39,637 bases of DNA from an uncultured Nitrospiraceae bacterium (GCA_947085205.1 CAMTVO010000025.1:1-39637), one strand, 5' to 3'; positions 27,669-37,222 are shown, numbered from the stretch's first letter. Numbers and translations are program-made. Notes: generated from the sequence alone by a model not told the origin.

Positions 27669-27928
27669 TTGTTGCAAGCGGATTTATAGAGACCAACGAG
27701 ATAGAAGACGTGGAAGGGGTTGTGAGCGAGTTAAAGACAAGGGGAGTCGACGTTAACGAAATAAAGGATGAAAAAATCGTGTTTCTTATCGAGCGGGACT
27801 CGACCTCTGAGATAAAAAAATCATTGGATTCGCTTAAGGATATAGACGGCGTCAGAAACGTATATCTCGCGTACTATAGCATTGATGGAAGTGATGAGGT
27901 CGTTGCCAATTATCTGCAGGTAGGATAG
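27665..27928 (+). CDS. napD: NapD signal-peptide chaperone
   Basis: 87 aa ferredoxin-like fold with 'KIVFLIE' and 'LKDIDGVRNVYLAYY'. ATGA overlap with the napH stop. Confidence 0.85.
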   Translation: MIVASGFIETNEIEDVEGVVSELKTRGVDVNEIKDEKIVFLIERDSTSEIKKSLDSLKDIDGVRNVYLAYYSIDGSDEVVANYLQVG

Positions 27929-27934
27929 ATATTA

Positions 27935-28639
27935 TTATTCTTTGAACTTGTATCCTATTCCCGAGACAGTGATTATATAATCCGGCTCGGAAGGATTAGT
28001 CTCTATCTTCTGCCTGAGATGCTGAATATGGACATCTATGACCCTGCTCCACGAGTAAATCTTTGGTTCTTTCCATAGATGTTTTCTTATGTCTTCCCTG
28101 CTGATAACCGTTCCTTTTTTTGATATTAAAAAACAGAGAAGGTCATATTCTTTTGGCGTTAAAAAAATCTCTTTACTCCTTACCTTCACTATCCTGCGCT
28201 TATAGTCGATGCTCAGGCTGCCGATTGTTATCCGTTCTTCTAATGTCGGCGCTGTCGGCTTCGTCCTCCTTATGCAGGCATTTATCCTCGCGATTAATTC
28301 GAGGGTTTCGAAAGGCTTTACCACATAGTCGTCTGCTCCGCTTTCGAGCCCTATCACCTTATCTGAAATCTTATCCTTTGCAGTAAGCATTATTATTGGC
28401 AATGAAGGATACTGTTTTCTCAAAGTGCGGCATATCTCAACTCCATCTCCGTCTGGGAGCATGAGGTCGAGGATTAAAATATCAGGATTATTGACAGACA
28501 GCGCTTTTTGGCCTTCTGTCCATGACTCCGCGGTCATGACATGAAATTTATGAAGCTCAAGGTTTGCCTTTAAGACCTTGCGTATGTCGGCGTCGTCGTC
28601 GATTACCAGTATTGTGCCGTTTACGTTTTCTTTCAGCAT
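27935..28639 (-). CDS. OmpR/PhoB-family response regulator
   Basis: Receiver motifs (IDDD, LDLMLP, LTAK, KPF) plus winged helix ('LTPKEYDLL', 'DVHIQHLRQKIE', 'TVSGIGYKF'). Start ATG 28639. Confidence 0.95.
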   Translation of the reverse strand: MLKENVNGTILVIDDDADIRKVLKANLELHKFHVMTAESWTEGQKALSVNNPDILILDLMLPDGDGVEICRTLRKQYPSLPIIMLTAKDKISDKVIGLESGADDYVVKPFETLELIARINACIRRTKPTAPTLEERITIGSLSIDYKRRIVKVRSKEIFLTPKEYDLLCFLISKKGTVISREDIRKHLWKEPKIYSWSRVIDVHIQHLRQKIETNPSEPDYIITVSGIGYKFKE

Positions 28640-30399
28640 GGCGTTGTTATCCTTTTGGCTATTTCGAGCAGTCTGTGCTGCTCTGTGGCGTGAAAGCTTT
28701 CGTGAGAGAAGCGCTCGCGGTTTCTGTCGGGATAAGGCAGCTTGAAATAAAAACAACTCCCGTTTTTGCCGTCGCTGTTGACACCGATGATGCCGCTATG
28801 CGCTTCTATTATGCTTTTGCATATTGCAAGGCCGAGGCCTGTGCCTTCTTTATTGCCGTTTTTGTAGAACTTTTCAAATACCCTTTCATGCTCCGACGGA
28901 TGAACTCCCGGGCCGTCGTCCCATACCTCGACAACCGCGTAATCTTTCTCTGGATACGCAAAAATAAGGATTTCAGATTCCTCGGGAGCGAACTTTATGG
29001 CATTTGACAGGAGGTTTATGAGAACCTGTTTTATCCTGTCTTCATCGACCCGGACAGTAATATTGTTGGGTATGTTCGCATTGAAGTATATGCCCTTTTG
29101 ATCCGCATTTATCTGGAAATATGTCAGGGACTCCGCAACGATATAGGAAAGATTTGCATTGGTGAAATGCATTTCCGATGTGCCCATCTCTATCCTTTCC
29201 ATGTCGAGCATAGCATTCACCATTCTTATCAGACGCTCCGAGTTCTTTTTTATCACCTCGAAGAATATATGCAGATCGTCGAGGGCTGTTTCGTGAGGGT
29301 TTTGGTGCAGGAAGTGCGAGAGTTTTGCCGATATGTAATCCATAGCGCCCTTGACGGATGTGAGCGGAGTCCTAAGCTCATGCGATGCCCTTGCTATGAA
29401 GTCTGATTTCCGTATGTTCGCCTCGTTCAGCAGCCGGTTTGTTTTGATTAATTTTCTGTTTGTATCCTCGATGCCTCTGGTTGCCTCTTTTATCTTGTTG
29501 TTCAGGCAACTGTGATACTCTGTAAGCGTCCCTGCCATCTCGGAGAATGATTTGCAGAGGTCTTCAAACTCGTCGCCTGTCTTAAGCCTGTTTGAGGGCG
29601 AGTATTTTCCTTCGGATAATTCGTTTATGGATGATTTTAGCCTTTTCATGGGACCAAGAACAAGTCTTGTCATCAGAAAATACATGGCAGCTATAAGCGA
29701 TAAAACAATAAAGATAGCAGCAATCAACATATTCCTTCTGTTTTCTAATATTTTGGCAAAGGTTTTGTCCATAGGGATTGTGACGCTTATAGCGCCTCGT
29801 ATATCTCCAACCTTATAACCCTGCTTTGCATGACAGCTCAGACATCCTTCTTCCACATAAAGGGGTGAAATATATCTCAGGTATTTGGAATTGTCAATCT
29901 TTTCTATGGAAAAGATATCTTTTATGTTACCTTTTTCAAATTGCAGAAGGGCCTTTTTCTCGAATTCATCAGGTGCGTTTTCAGGATTTACAAGTTTAAG
30001 GCTGGTGATATGAAACCAATAAAGGTCCTTATCCTCTGAATATTTTGAGATCTCTCTCGTGACCATGGCAGGATTTTTCTTTACAAATTTTCTGCCCTTA
30101 GTATCGGTTATCTCTACCTCTTTGCCTAAAGCAGTGAGATAAGGATTTGGTTTTACCCATGGAAGCTTCTCCACAAACACGCCACCATGGTCAGCAATCC
30201 ATCCCCTTGTAATTACTATCTGCTTAAAGATGGCCCGTGCCTCATTTTCTATCTGTCCTATAATGAGTCTTTCCTGATGATGGGCTATTATATAGAAGGA
30301 GATGCCGAGAGCTGCAATAAGGGTGATGCTGCAGCCCATGATGATTTTAGTACTCAGGCTTAGTTTCAGGGTTCTGATTTTTTTAAGCAAACCAAGCAT
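28633..30399 (-). CDS. Sensor histidine kinase with periplasmic c-heme (DUF3365/Tll0287-like) domain and HAMP
   Basis: TM1, 'KNPAMVTRE', 'TSLKLVNPENAPDEFE', CLSCH, 'GDIRGAISV', TM2, HAMP, SHELRTPL, and N/G1/F/G2 boxes. Confidence 0.92.
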   Translation of the reverse strand: MLGLLKKIRTLKLSLSTKIIMGCSITLIAALGISFYIIAHHQERLIIGQIENEARAIFKQIVITRGWIADHGGVFVEKLPWVKPNPYLTALGKEVEITDTKGRKFVKKNPAMVTREISKYSEDKDLYWFHITSLKLVNPENAPDEFEKKALLQFEKGNIKDIFSIEKIDNSKYLRYISPLYVEEGCLSCHAKQGYKVGDIRGAISVTIPMDKTFAKILENRRNMLIAAIFIVLSLIAAMYFLMTRLVLGPMKRLKSSINELSEGKYSPSNRLKTGDEFEDLCKSFSEMAGTLTEYHSCLNNKIKEATRGIEDTNRKLIKTNRLLNEANIRKSDFIARASHELRTPLTSVKGAMDYISAKLSHFLHQNPHETALDDLHIFFEVIKKNSERLIRMVNAMLDMERIEMGTSEMHFTNANLSYIVAESLTYFQINADQKGIYFNANIPNNITVRVDEDRIKQVLINLLSNAIKFAPEESEILIFAYPEKDYAVVEVWDDGPGVHPSEHERVFEKFYKNGNKEGTGLGLAICKSIIEAHSGIIGVNSDGKNGSCFYFKLPYPDRNRERFSHESFHATEQHRLLEIAKRITTPC

Positions 30400-30510
30400 A
30401 TGTCAAGTATAATAGATTTTGACGGAATTTTAACATCAAATTTATGTATGCAATAGGCCGGATGTGCGATTGTCGCCGCCGTTTTCTACTGTGAGCCTGG
30501 AATTCTAATC

Positions 30511-32520
30511 TTATATGCTTTCGTATATTACTGTTTTGTTTTTTCCAGAGGACTTTGCCTTGTATAGGGCTGTGTCAGCATTTTTTATCAGTTCGTTTGC
30601 ACTCGCTCCATCATTAGGAAAGGACGCCATGCCTATACTCACTGTTATGCATGGATGCGGGAATTTTTCCCATTTACCACAGAGGGATGCCTTTATGTTT
30701 TCTCTTATTCTTTCTGCAACTGCAAATGCCTCTTTTTTGTTTGTCTGGGGCATTAAAACAGCAAACTCTTCTCCCCCAAATCTGGAGATGATGTCATTAG
30801 CCCTTAAACAATCACGGGCTATGCGTGCAACATCTTTTAAAACATTGTCTCCAGCAAGATGCCCTTCTGAGTCGTTAAAGATTTTGAAATCATCAATGTC
30901 AAGCATTGCCAGAGAGAAGACAAATTCATATCGCTCTGAACGGTGAATCTCCTCTGCAAATCGTTCCTGAAGGTATCGCCTGTTAAAAATCCCTGTTAAA
31001 GGGTCGGTGATGGAAAGCTCCTTCATCTGTTCAGCAAGGTTGTAATAGCTAGACACTTTTAATGCTATTGATACATAAGAAGCGAAATGATTAACCAGGT
31101 TCAAGTCTCCCTCTGTAAACACCTCTCCTGTTATTTTATCTGCAATATTCAGGACACCTATTGTCTCAGAAGCAAATTTTAAAGGCACACTAACAAAGGA
31201 AGTTGTTTTATAGTGGCTTCTATGTTTTATGAGAACTTTCTCTGCTCTGCCGTTGTTTGATAGCAACGGCATGCCTTCCTTGAATACCCTTCCAGCGATA
31301 CCTTCACCTATTTTTACCCTTATGTCCTGTGTAAGCCATCTATTGATGCCCCTCACGGCTTTTATCAGAAGATTATCTCCTTCGGGCAGCATAATAGACC
31401 CCTTTTCTGCCCTTAAAATTTCTATTGCTGTGTTAACAATTGCTTCATAAAGAGCATCGGGATTGTAAAGTTGAGGAGTTAATTTTGCTGCTGCAATATT
31501 TACCATTGTCATGTCATCAATGCATTTATTATAGGCGGTTTGGAGCGATAGGCTCTTAAGGACTAAACATGCAAGCTTACAGAACTCTAAAATGCTATAA
31601 GATGCTTCCCTTGAGATAGTGGAGTTATATATAACTATTACGCCGTGAGTAGAGTTTTTACAAACAAGAGGGAAAATATGTATAGATGTAATGCTGTTAG
31701 GGAAGCCTAATTTTGAGATTTCCATAATATTATTTGTGGACCCTGGCATGTAATTTTCTATGGCTTGGGAAATCAAAGGGATGCTCTTTTCTAAACATAT
31801 TGATTTTATATCGTCCCTTATCTTTCCGGAAGACACAGCAGTTTTGAAGAGATTTTTTTCTTTAACCATTATGGAGGCGCTCTCCACATTAAAAATAAAC
31901 AGGAGTGCGTCAAGTATCAGGGAATGGACATCTTCAATAGGTGCAGGCAACGGGATATTAAACAGGACATCCATCAGGGTTTTGCTCCATTGGTATCTCT
32001 TATAATTCAAGTTCCTTTCGTAGCCGCTTCTTAAGACAGTTTCGCATATAGATTTTATGTTTACTGCTGTCTTATGAATGGATGGATAGTCCGTTGTCTT
32101 AATTATTTCTGAGCCCAAATCAATGCGAGACGGTAAGATACCAATATACTGCCCCTTTTTTGTTAAAGATTCCTCAAATTCAGTCCTCAAAAGGGAAAAC
32201 GGACCGCTGGCGAGGACAAATTTGTAATCGTTGGCGCTGATAGGTATGAAAAGATGGTGTTCATTGAGGGGTCCTTTGAGCAGGAACACATCCTTTCTTA
32301 TTGCTGCCTTTTCTATACCGCTTTGAATGAATTTTTCATATTTCTCTCTGCCGGAAGCGTAGGCTTTTAGCTTGGCAACGAGACTATCTTCGCTTTTAGA
32401 TGGGATTAATAGAACTCCGCTGGAATCATATGTTGAAAAAGACAAATCGGTTATTTCTGAAATAGAGTCCTGTATAATTGATAATGACTGGATATCAATG
32501 AATTCAAGATTTATGGACAT
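30511..32520 (-). CDS. Diguanylate cyclase (PocR-like + GAF + GAF + GGDEF)
   Basis: 'TDPLTGIFNRR', 'DIDDFKIFND..GH..GD', I-site RAND, RFGGEEF. GAF motifs 'GEGIAG.V' and 'VPL...IGVLN'. Confidence 0.92.
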   Translation of the reverse strand: MSINLEFIDIQSLSIIQDSISEITDLSFSTYDSSGVLLIPSKSEDSLVAKLKAYASGREKYEKFIQSGIEKAAIRKDVFLLKGPLNEHHLFIPISANDYKFVLASGPFSLLRTEFEESLTKKGQYIGILPSRIDLGSEIIKTTDYPSIHKTAVNIKSICETVLRSGYERNLNYKRYQWSKTLMDVLFNIPLPAPIEDVHSLILDALLFIFNVESASIMVKEKNLFKTAVSSGKIRDDIKSICLEKSIPLISQAIENYMPGSTNNIMEISKLGFPNSITSIHIFPLVCKNSTHGVIVIYNSTISREASYSILEFCKLACLVLKSLSLQTAYNKCIDDMTMVNIAAAKLTPQLYNPDALYEAIVNTAIEILRAEKGSIMLPEGDNLLIKAVRGINRWLTQDIRVKIGEGIAGRVFKEGMPLLSNNGRAEKVLIKHRSHYKTTSFVSVPLKFASETIGVLNIADKITGEVFTEGDLNLVNHFASYVSIALKVSSYYNLAEQMKELSITDPLTGIFNRRYLQERFAEEIHRSERYEFVFSLAMLDIDDFKIFNDSEGHLAGDNVLKDVARIARDCLRANDIISRFGGEEFAVLMPQTNKKEAFAVAERIRENIKASLCGKWEKFPHPCITVSIGMASFPNDGASANELIKNADTALYKAKSSGKNKTVIYESI

Positions 32521-32686
32521 CTATTCACCCAATTCAATATTCCCCCTGAAATTAGAGAGCCATATTAAGTGACCGGGAAACACCTATACTAGTAATACCT
32601 TATAAGACAGGGTTATGTCAATACCTATTTTATAAGTAGTTAATGTGTTATAATTTGTCTTTAATTATGGAGAGAGAGGAATAAAT

Positions 32687-33184
32687 ATGGCTGAAGAGCA
32701 TTCATTTGATATTGTATGCGAAGTAAATATGCAGGAGGTTTTGAACGCAGTTGATCAGGCAATGAAGGAGATAGTTCAGAGGTTTGATTTCAAGGGCAGC
32801 AAGAGCAGCATAGAGCTTGATAAAGGCAAGGGCATTATTACACTGGTCTCTGACGATGAGCTTAAGCTGAAGAGCGTTATTGACATCCTGCAGTCAAAAC
32901 TTGTTAAAAGAGGAGTTTCGCTCAAGGCATTGAATTACGGTAAGATTGAGCAGGCTGCTGGAAATACCGTCCGTCAATTGATAACGTTACAGCAGGGGAT
33001 ACCGCAGGAGAAGGCAAAGGAAATAGTGAAGCTGATAAAAGATTTAAAGCTTAAGGTGAACGCCGAGATACAAAAAGATCAGGTGCGCGTAAGGGCAAAA
33101 AAGATAGACGACCTGCAGGCGATTATTGCAAAGCTCAAGGAGAAGGACTTCGGCATACATATTCAGGTTACGAATTATAGATAG
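32687..33184 (+). CDS. yajQ: YajQ-family nucleotide/c-di-GMP-binding protein
   Basis: SFDIV.EV...[17 protein letters not shown]....AK.IVK.IKD, DDLQ, NYR terminus. Confidence 0.95.
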   Translation: MAEEHSFDIVCEVNMQEVLNAVDQAMKEIVQRFDFKGSKSSIELDKGKGIITLVSDDELKLKSVIDILQSKLVKRGVSLKALNYGKIEQAAGNTVRQLITLQQGIPQEKAKEIVKLIKDLKLKVNAEIQKDQVRVRAKKIDDLQAIIAKLKEKDFGIHIQVTNYR

Positions 33185-33219
33185 CAATTATGGAATATTG
33201 GAGTGCTGCGCCGGTTTAA

Positions 33220-34032
33220 ATGTTAAAAACAGTTCTTGACAGACTCTACAGCGAATATAATTTTGCAGAGCGTATTCTTCACGACCCTATAGAATTCCCA
33301 CATCAATACAAAACCCCCGAGGATATAGAGGTCTCGGGTTTTATTGCCTCGTGTTTTGCATACGGCAGGGTGGATTTGTTCAAGCCTGTCGTGGAAAAAA
33401 TCCTTTCTGTAATGGGTAAAAGCCCTTATGTATTTATTTCTGATTTTAATGTTCGAAAGCAGAGGCGTTTGTTTTCGGGAATAAAATACAGGTTTAATGA
33501 AAATGACGATATTATCCGCCTTTTATATATTTTGAGAACAGCGCTGAAAAAATATGGAAGTATAGAGGCTTTATTTAAATTGCATTATGAAGACAGTGAT
33601 TTAAACACAGGTAATGGATTGATCGGTTTTGTCGACACTCTACATGCAATAGATTTATCTCACCCTCCCCTTAATCCCCTCCCATCCCAATTTTTACCGT
33701 CGCCTAAAAAGGGCAGCGCCTGTAAGAGGATGAATTTATTTCTCAGGTGGATGATAAGAGATAAAGACATTGATTTTGGCATATGGAAAGGCATTCCAAA
33801 GAACAAACTCATAATTCCTCTTGATACCCATATAGCAAGAATATCCATGTGTCTCGGTTTTACAAAGAGGTCGTCGCAGGACTGGAAGATGGCGCTGGAA
33901 ATAACAAACGCGCTAAAAAGATTTGATCCGGAAGATCCCCTTAAGTATGACTTTGCATTATGCCATCAGGGAATATCAAAGATCTGCAGTAAAATGAGCT
34001 GTAAGGAGTGCGGTTTCAAATCTTTAACTTAG
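33220..34032 (+). CDS. TIGR02757/DUF2400-family protein (HhH-GPD-like)
   Basis: DPIEFPH.Y, AYGRV, YRF, SACKRMNLFLRWMIR, PLDTH, DPLKYDFAL, and a C-terminal Cys cluster. Confidence 0.88.
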   Translation: MLKTVLDRLYSEYNFAERILHDPIEFPHQYKTPEDIEVSGFIASCFAYGRVDLFKPVVEKILSVMGKSPYVFISDFNVRKQRRLFSGIKYRFNENDDIIRLLYILRTALKKYGSIEALFKLHYEDSDLNTGNGLIGFVDTLHAIDLSHPPLNPLPSQFLPSPKKGSACKRMNLFLRWMIRDKDIDFGIWKGIPKNKLIIPLDTHIARISMCLGFTKRSSQDWKMALEITNALKRFDPEDPLKYDFALCHQGISKICSKMSCKECGFKSLT

Positions 34033-37000
34033 CTGCTTATCCTTAAATTCCCTCCCCTTCCAGAGCATATAAATCACAGGATAGATTATCAACTCAAGAA
34101 TTGCGGAGGTTACTATACCTCCTACCATTGGCGCAGCAATTCTTTTCATCACGTCGGCCCCTGTTCCGTGGCTGAACATAATAGGGATAAGACCGGCTAA
34201 TATAACGCTTACGGTCATAATCTTCGGCCTGATTCTCTTTACCGAGCCGTACATTATCGCCTCTTTCAGGTCGGCAATGCTGTTTAGCCTGCCTTCTTTT
34301 TTCCATTTCTCATAGGCAAGGTCAAGATAAAGGAGCATTACAACCCCTGTCTCTGCATCAAGTCCTGCGAGGGCTATGAGTCCAACCCATACCGCTATGC
34401 TCATATTATAGTTCAGGAGATAAAGGAGCCAGAACGCGCCTACAAGGGAAAATGGCACTGCTGTCAGGACAATCATAGTCTTTGTAACGGACTTTGTATT
34501 GAAGTAGATGATCACAAATATTATGAGCGCCGTGAGGGGAATAACGAGTTTCAATCTTTCATGTGTTTTAACGATGTGTTCGTACTCGCCGCTCCATTCG
34601 AGGCGGTAGCCCTCGGGAATCTTTAAAGAGGCTATTTTCTTTTTTGCCTCTTCGACATATCCGCCTATATCCCTGCCTGAAAAGTCTATATAGACATATG
34701 CCGCAAGAAGTCCCTCTTCGCTCTTTATCTGCGTAGGGCCTCTTACAATCTTTATATCCGTTAATTCTCCCAGCGGCACCTGAACAATATTCATGGATGC
34801 CGTCCGGATGCCGCCCATCGCCGACTGCTGACCGATGACCGCCGGCTGTTGATTGTTCATAACAGGCACGAGAATTCTTTTTAGTTTTTCGATATCATTC
34901 CTTAATTCTCTCGAATAGCGGACATTTACCGGATATCGCTCTCTCCCTTCTACGGTGGTGGTAAGGTTCATGCCGCCTACGGCAGACTGAATAATTTCCT
35001 GCACATCGTCTACCGTCAGGCCGTACCGGGCCGCCTCTTCACGTTTGATGTTGAAGTCGAGGAAATATCCGGTGGTCACCCTTTCGGCGTACACGCTCCT
35101 CGTGCCTGGAATTTCTTTGATATGGTGTTCTATTTCTAGTCCTAATCTTTCTATTTCTTCAAGTTTTGACCCCATAACTTTAATGCCTACCGGAGTCCTT
35201 ATGCCTGTAGAAAGCATATCGATACGGGCTTTGATGGGCATTGTGAACGAGTTTGCCACTCCGGGGATTGTAAGGGCGTCGTTCATCTCGTTTTTCAGGT
35301 TTTCTACGGTCATCCCAGGCCTCCACTCGGATTCGGGCTTGAGGTTTACAACCGTTTCGAACATCTCCAGCGGCGCGGGATCTGTTGCCGTTTCCGCCCT
35401 TCCTGCCTTGCCGAATACCTGTGAGACCTCCGGAATACCCTTGAGTATTTTGTCCTGCATCTGCAGGAGTTTTGAAACCTCCGATATCGAAGCAGCAGGA
35501 ACAGTTACCGGCATGTAAAACAGGCTGCCTTCATATAGGGGTGGCATGAACTCGGTGCCGAGCTTCATAAACGGATAGACGGTAACAGCCATGATAATCA
35601 ATGCAACGACAATGACCGTCTTTTTAAACCTGAGCGCAAGTTTTGCAACCGGTTCATAGATCTTATGGAGAAGAATGCTTATAGGGTTTTTTTCTTCCGG
35701 CCTTATCTTACCTTTGATGAAGAGAGTCATTAATACCGGAGTCAGTGTTACGGCCAGGAACGACGCAAAGAGCATCGAGAAGGTCTTTGTGTATGCCAGC
35801 GGCTTAAAAAGTCTTCCGGCCTGCGCCTGCAGCGTAAATACCGGAAGGAACGCGACGGTAATGACGAGCAGCGCGAAGAATAGGGAAGGGCCAACCTCTT
35901 TTGCCGCATCGATTATTACGTCCATGCGGCTGCCCTGTTTCCCGTGTGCCTCCCATTCCTCGAGTTTCTTATGGGCATTCTCGACCATGATTATAGATGC
36001 GTCCACCATTGCTCCGATGGCAATGGCAATGCCGCTTAAGCTCATGATATTAGAGGTGACGCCGAGGTAATACATGCATATGAATGATATGATAATCGCT
36101 ATTGGCAGGGTCAGTATGACCACAAGCGCGCTCGGCAGATGGAACAGAAATACTATGCATACAGCGCTGACCGCTACAGAAAGCCTTAATATTTCTTCTT
36201 TAAGCGTATCGATGGAGCGGTGTATAAGGTCTGATCTGTCGTAGGTCACGACAATTTTCATGCCCTTCGGAAGGCTCGGCTCGATATCTTTTTTGATCTT
36301 TTCTTTTACCTTATCTATGACAGTAAGGACGTTCTCGCCGAACCTGATAATTACAATGCCCCCGGCCACCTCGCCTCTGCCGTCGAGTTCCGCAACACCC
36401 CTTCTTATTTCCGGGCCGAGTTGGATATTAGCAATATCTCTTAGAAATACCGGAGTTCCGGCGCCGTTAGTGCCTACTGAGATGCTTTCGAGGTCTTTGA
36501 GGCTTTTAATGTAACCCCGTCCCCTTACCATATACTCTATGCCTGAGAATTCAAGCACCCTTCCTTCCACGTCGCTGTTGCTCTTTTTTATGGCCTCAAG
36601 CACCTTCGGCAGCGGAAGGTTGTACGCCAGAAGCCTGTTGGGGTCTATGGTTATCTGATATTGTTTTACGAATCCTCCGATGCTGGCAACCTGCGAAACG
36701 CCTTCGACGCTTTCGAGCGCTAATTTTATGTTGTAGTCCTGAACGGAGCGCAACTGCGAGAGGTCGTGTCCGCCTGTCTCATCCACTACTGCATATGAAA
36801 ATCCCCATCCCACGCTGGTCGCATCAGGGCCGAGCACGGGATTCACATCCACCGGTATCTTGCTCTTAACCGCCTGCAAATATTCGAGCACCCTGCTTCG
36901 AGCCCAGTAGATATCAGTGCCTTCTTCGAAGATGACATATATGAACGAACTGCCGAGATATGAAAATCCGCGTACCACCTGCACCTTGGGAGCGGCAAGG

Positions 37001-37218
37001 AGAGTGGATGTTATCGGATAAGTTATCTGGTCTTCAACAAGGTCCGGGCTTCTTCCGGCCCATTCCGTATAAATTATCACCTGAGTGTCGCTTAAATCGG
37101 GTATTGCATCGAGAGGGGTCTGTTTTAATGCCCAGTAGCCCCATACGATGAGAAAAGCCACGAGCAGAAAAATGATAAACTTATTGCGTGCGCTGTATTC
37201 GATTATTTTTGCGATCAT
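34024..37218 (-). CDS. cusA: CusA-type heavy-metal RND efflux permease (Cu+/Ag+)
   Basis: DAIPDLSDTQVII, YWARSRVLEYL, LGPDAT, AIGAMVDA, Met-triad equivalents FYMP / PLEM / RIDM, RIRPKIMT. Confidence 0.93.
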   Translation of the reverse strand: MIAKIIEYSARNKFIIFLLVAFLIVWGYWALKQTPLDAIPDLSDTQVIIYTEWAGRSPDLVEDQITYPITSTLLAAPKVQVVRGFSYLGSSFIYVIFEEGTDIYWARSRVLEYLQAVKSKIPVDVNPVLGPDATSVGWGFSYAVVDETGGHDLSQLRSVQDYNIKLALESVEGVSQVASIGGFVKQYQITIDPNRLLAYNLPLPKVLEAIKKSNSDVEGRVLEFSGIEYMVRGRGYIKSLKDLESISVGTNGAGTPVFLRDIANIQLGPEIRRGVAELDGRGEVAGGIVIIRFGENVLTVIDKVKEKIKKDIEPSLPKGMKIVVTYDRSDLIHRSIDTLKEEILRLSVAVSAVCIVFLFHLPSALVVILTLPIAIIISFICMYYLGVTSNIMSLSGIAIAIGAMVDASIIMVENAHKKLEEWEAHGKQGSRMDVIIDAAKEVGPSLFFALLVITVAFLPVFTLQAQAGRLFKPLAYTKTFSMLFASFLAVTLTPVLMTLFIKGKIRPEEKNPISILLHKIYEPVAKLALRFKKTVIVVALIIMAVTVYPFMKLGTEFMPPLYEGSLFYMPVTVPAASISEVSKLLQMQDKILKGIPEVSQVFGKAGRAETATDPAPLEMFETVVNLKPESEWRPGMTVENLKNEMNDALTIPGVANSFTMPIKARIDMLSTGIRTPVGIKVMGSKLEEIERLGLEIEHHIKEIPGTRSVYAERVTTGYFLDFNIKREEAARYGLTVDDVQEIIQSAVGGMNLTTTVEGRERYPVNVRYSRELRNDIEKLKRILVPVMNNQQPAVIGQQSAMGGIRTASMNIVQVPLGELTDIKIVRGPTQIKSEEGLLAAYVYIDFSGRDIGGYVEEAKKKIASLKIPEGYRLEWSGEYEHIVKTHERLKLVIPLTALIIFVIIYFNTKSVTKTMIVLTAVPFSLVGAFWLLYLLNYNMSIAVWVGLIALAGLDAETGVVMLLYLDLAYEKWKKEGRLNSIADLKEAIMYGSVKRIRPKIMTVSVILAGLIPIMFSHGTGADVMKRIAAPMVGGIVTSAILELIIYPVIYMLWKGREFKDKQLS

Positions 37219-37222
37219 GATA

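Noticed and set aside
28640..28756. 39-aa N-terminal extension on the response regulator
   Set aside because: It overlaps the kinase C-terminus in another frame. The receiver domain begins just after ATG 28639.
32521..32686. c-di-GMP riboswitch in the cyclase/yajQ spacer
   Set aside because: I could not find the GEMM-I or c-di-GMP-II consensus elements. An Rfam scan would settle it.
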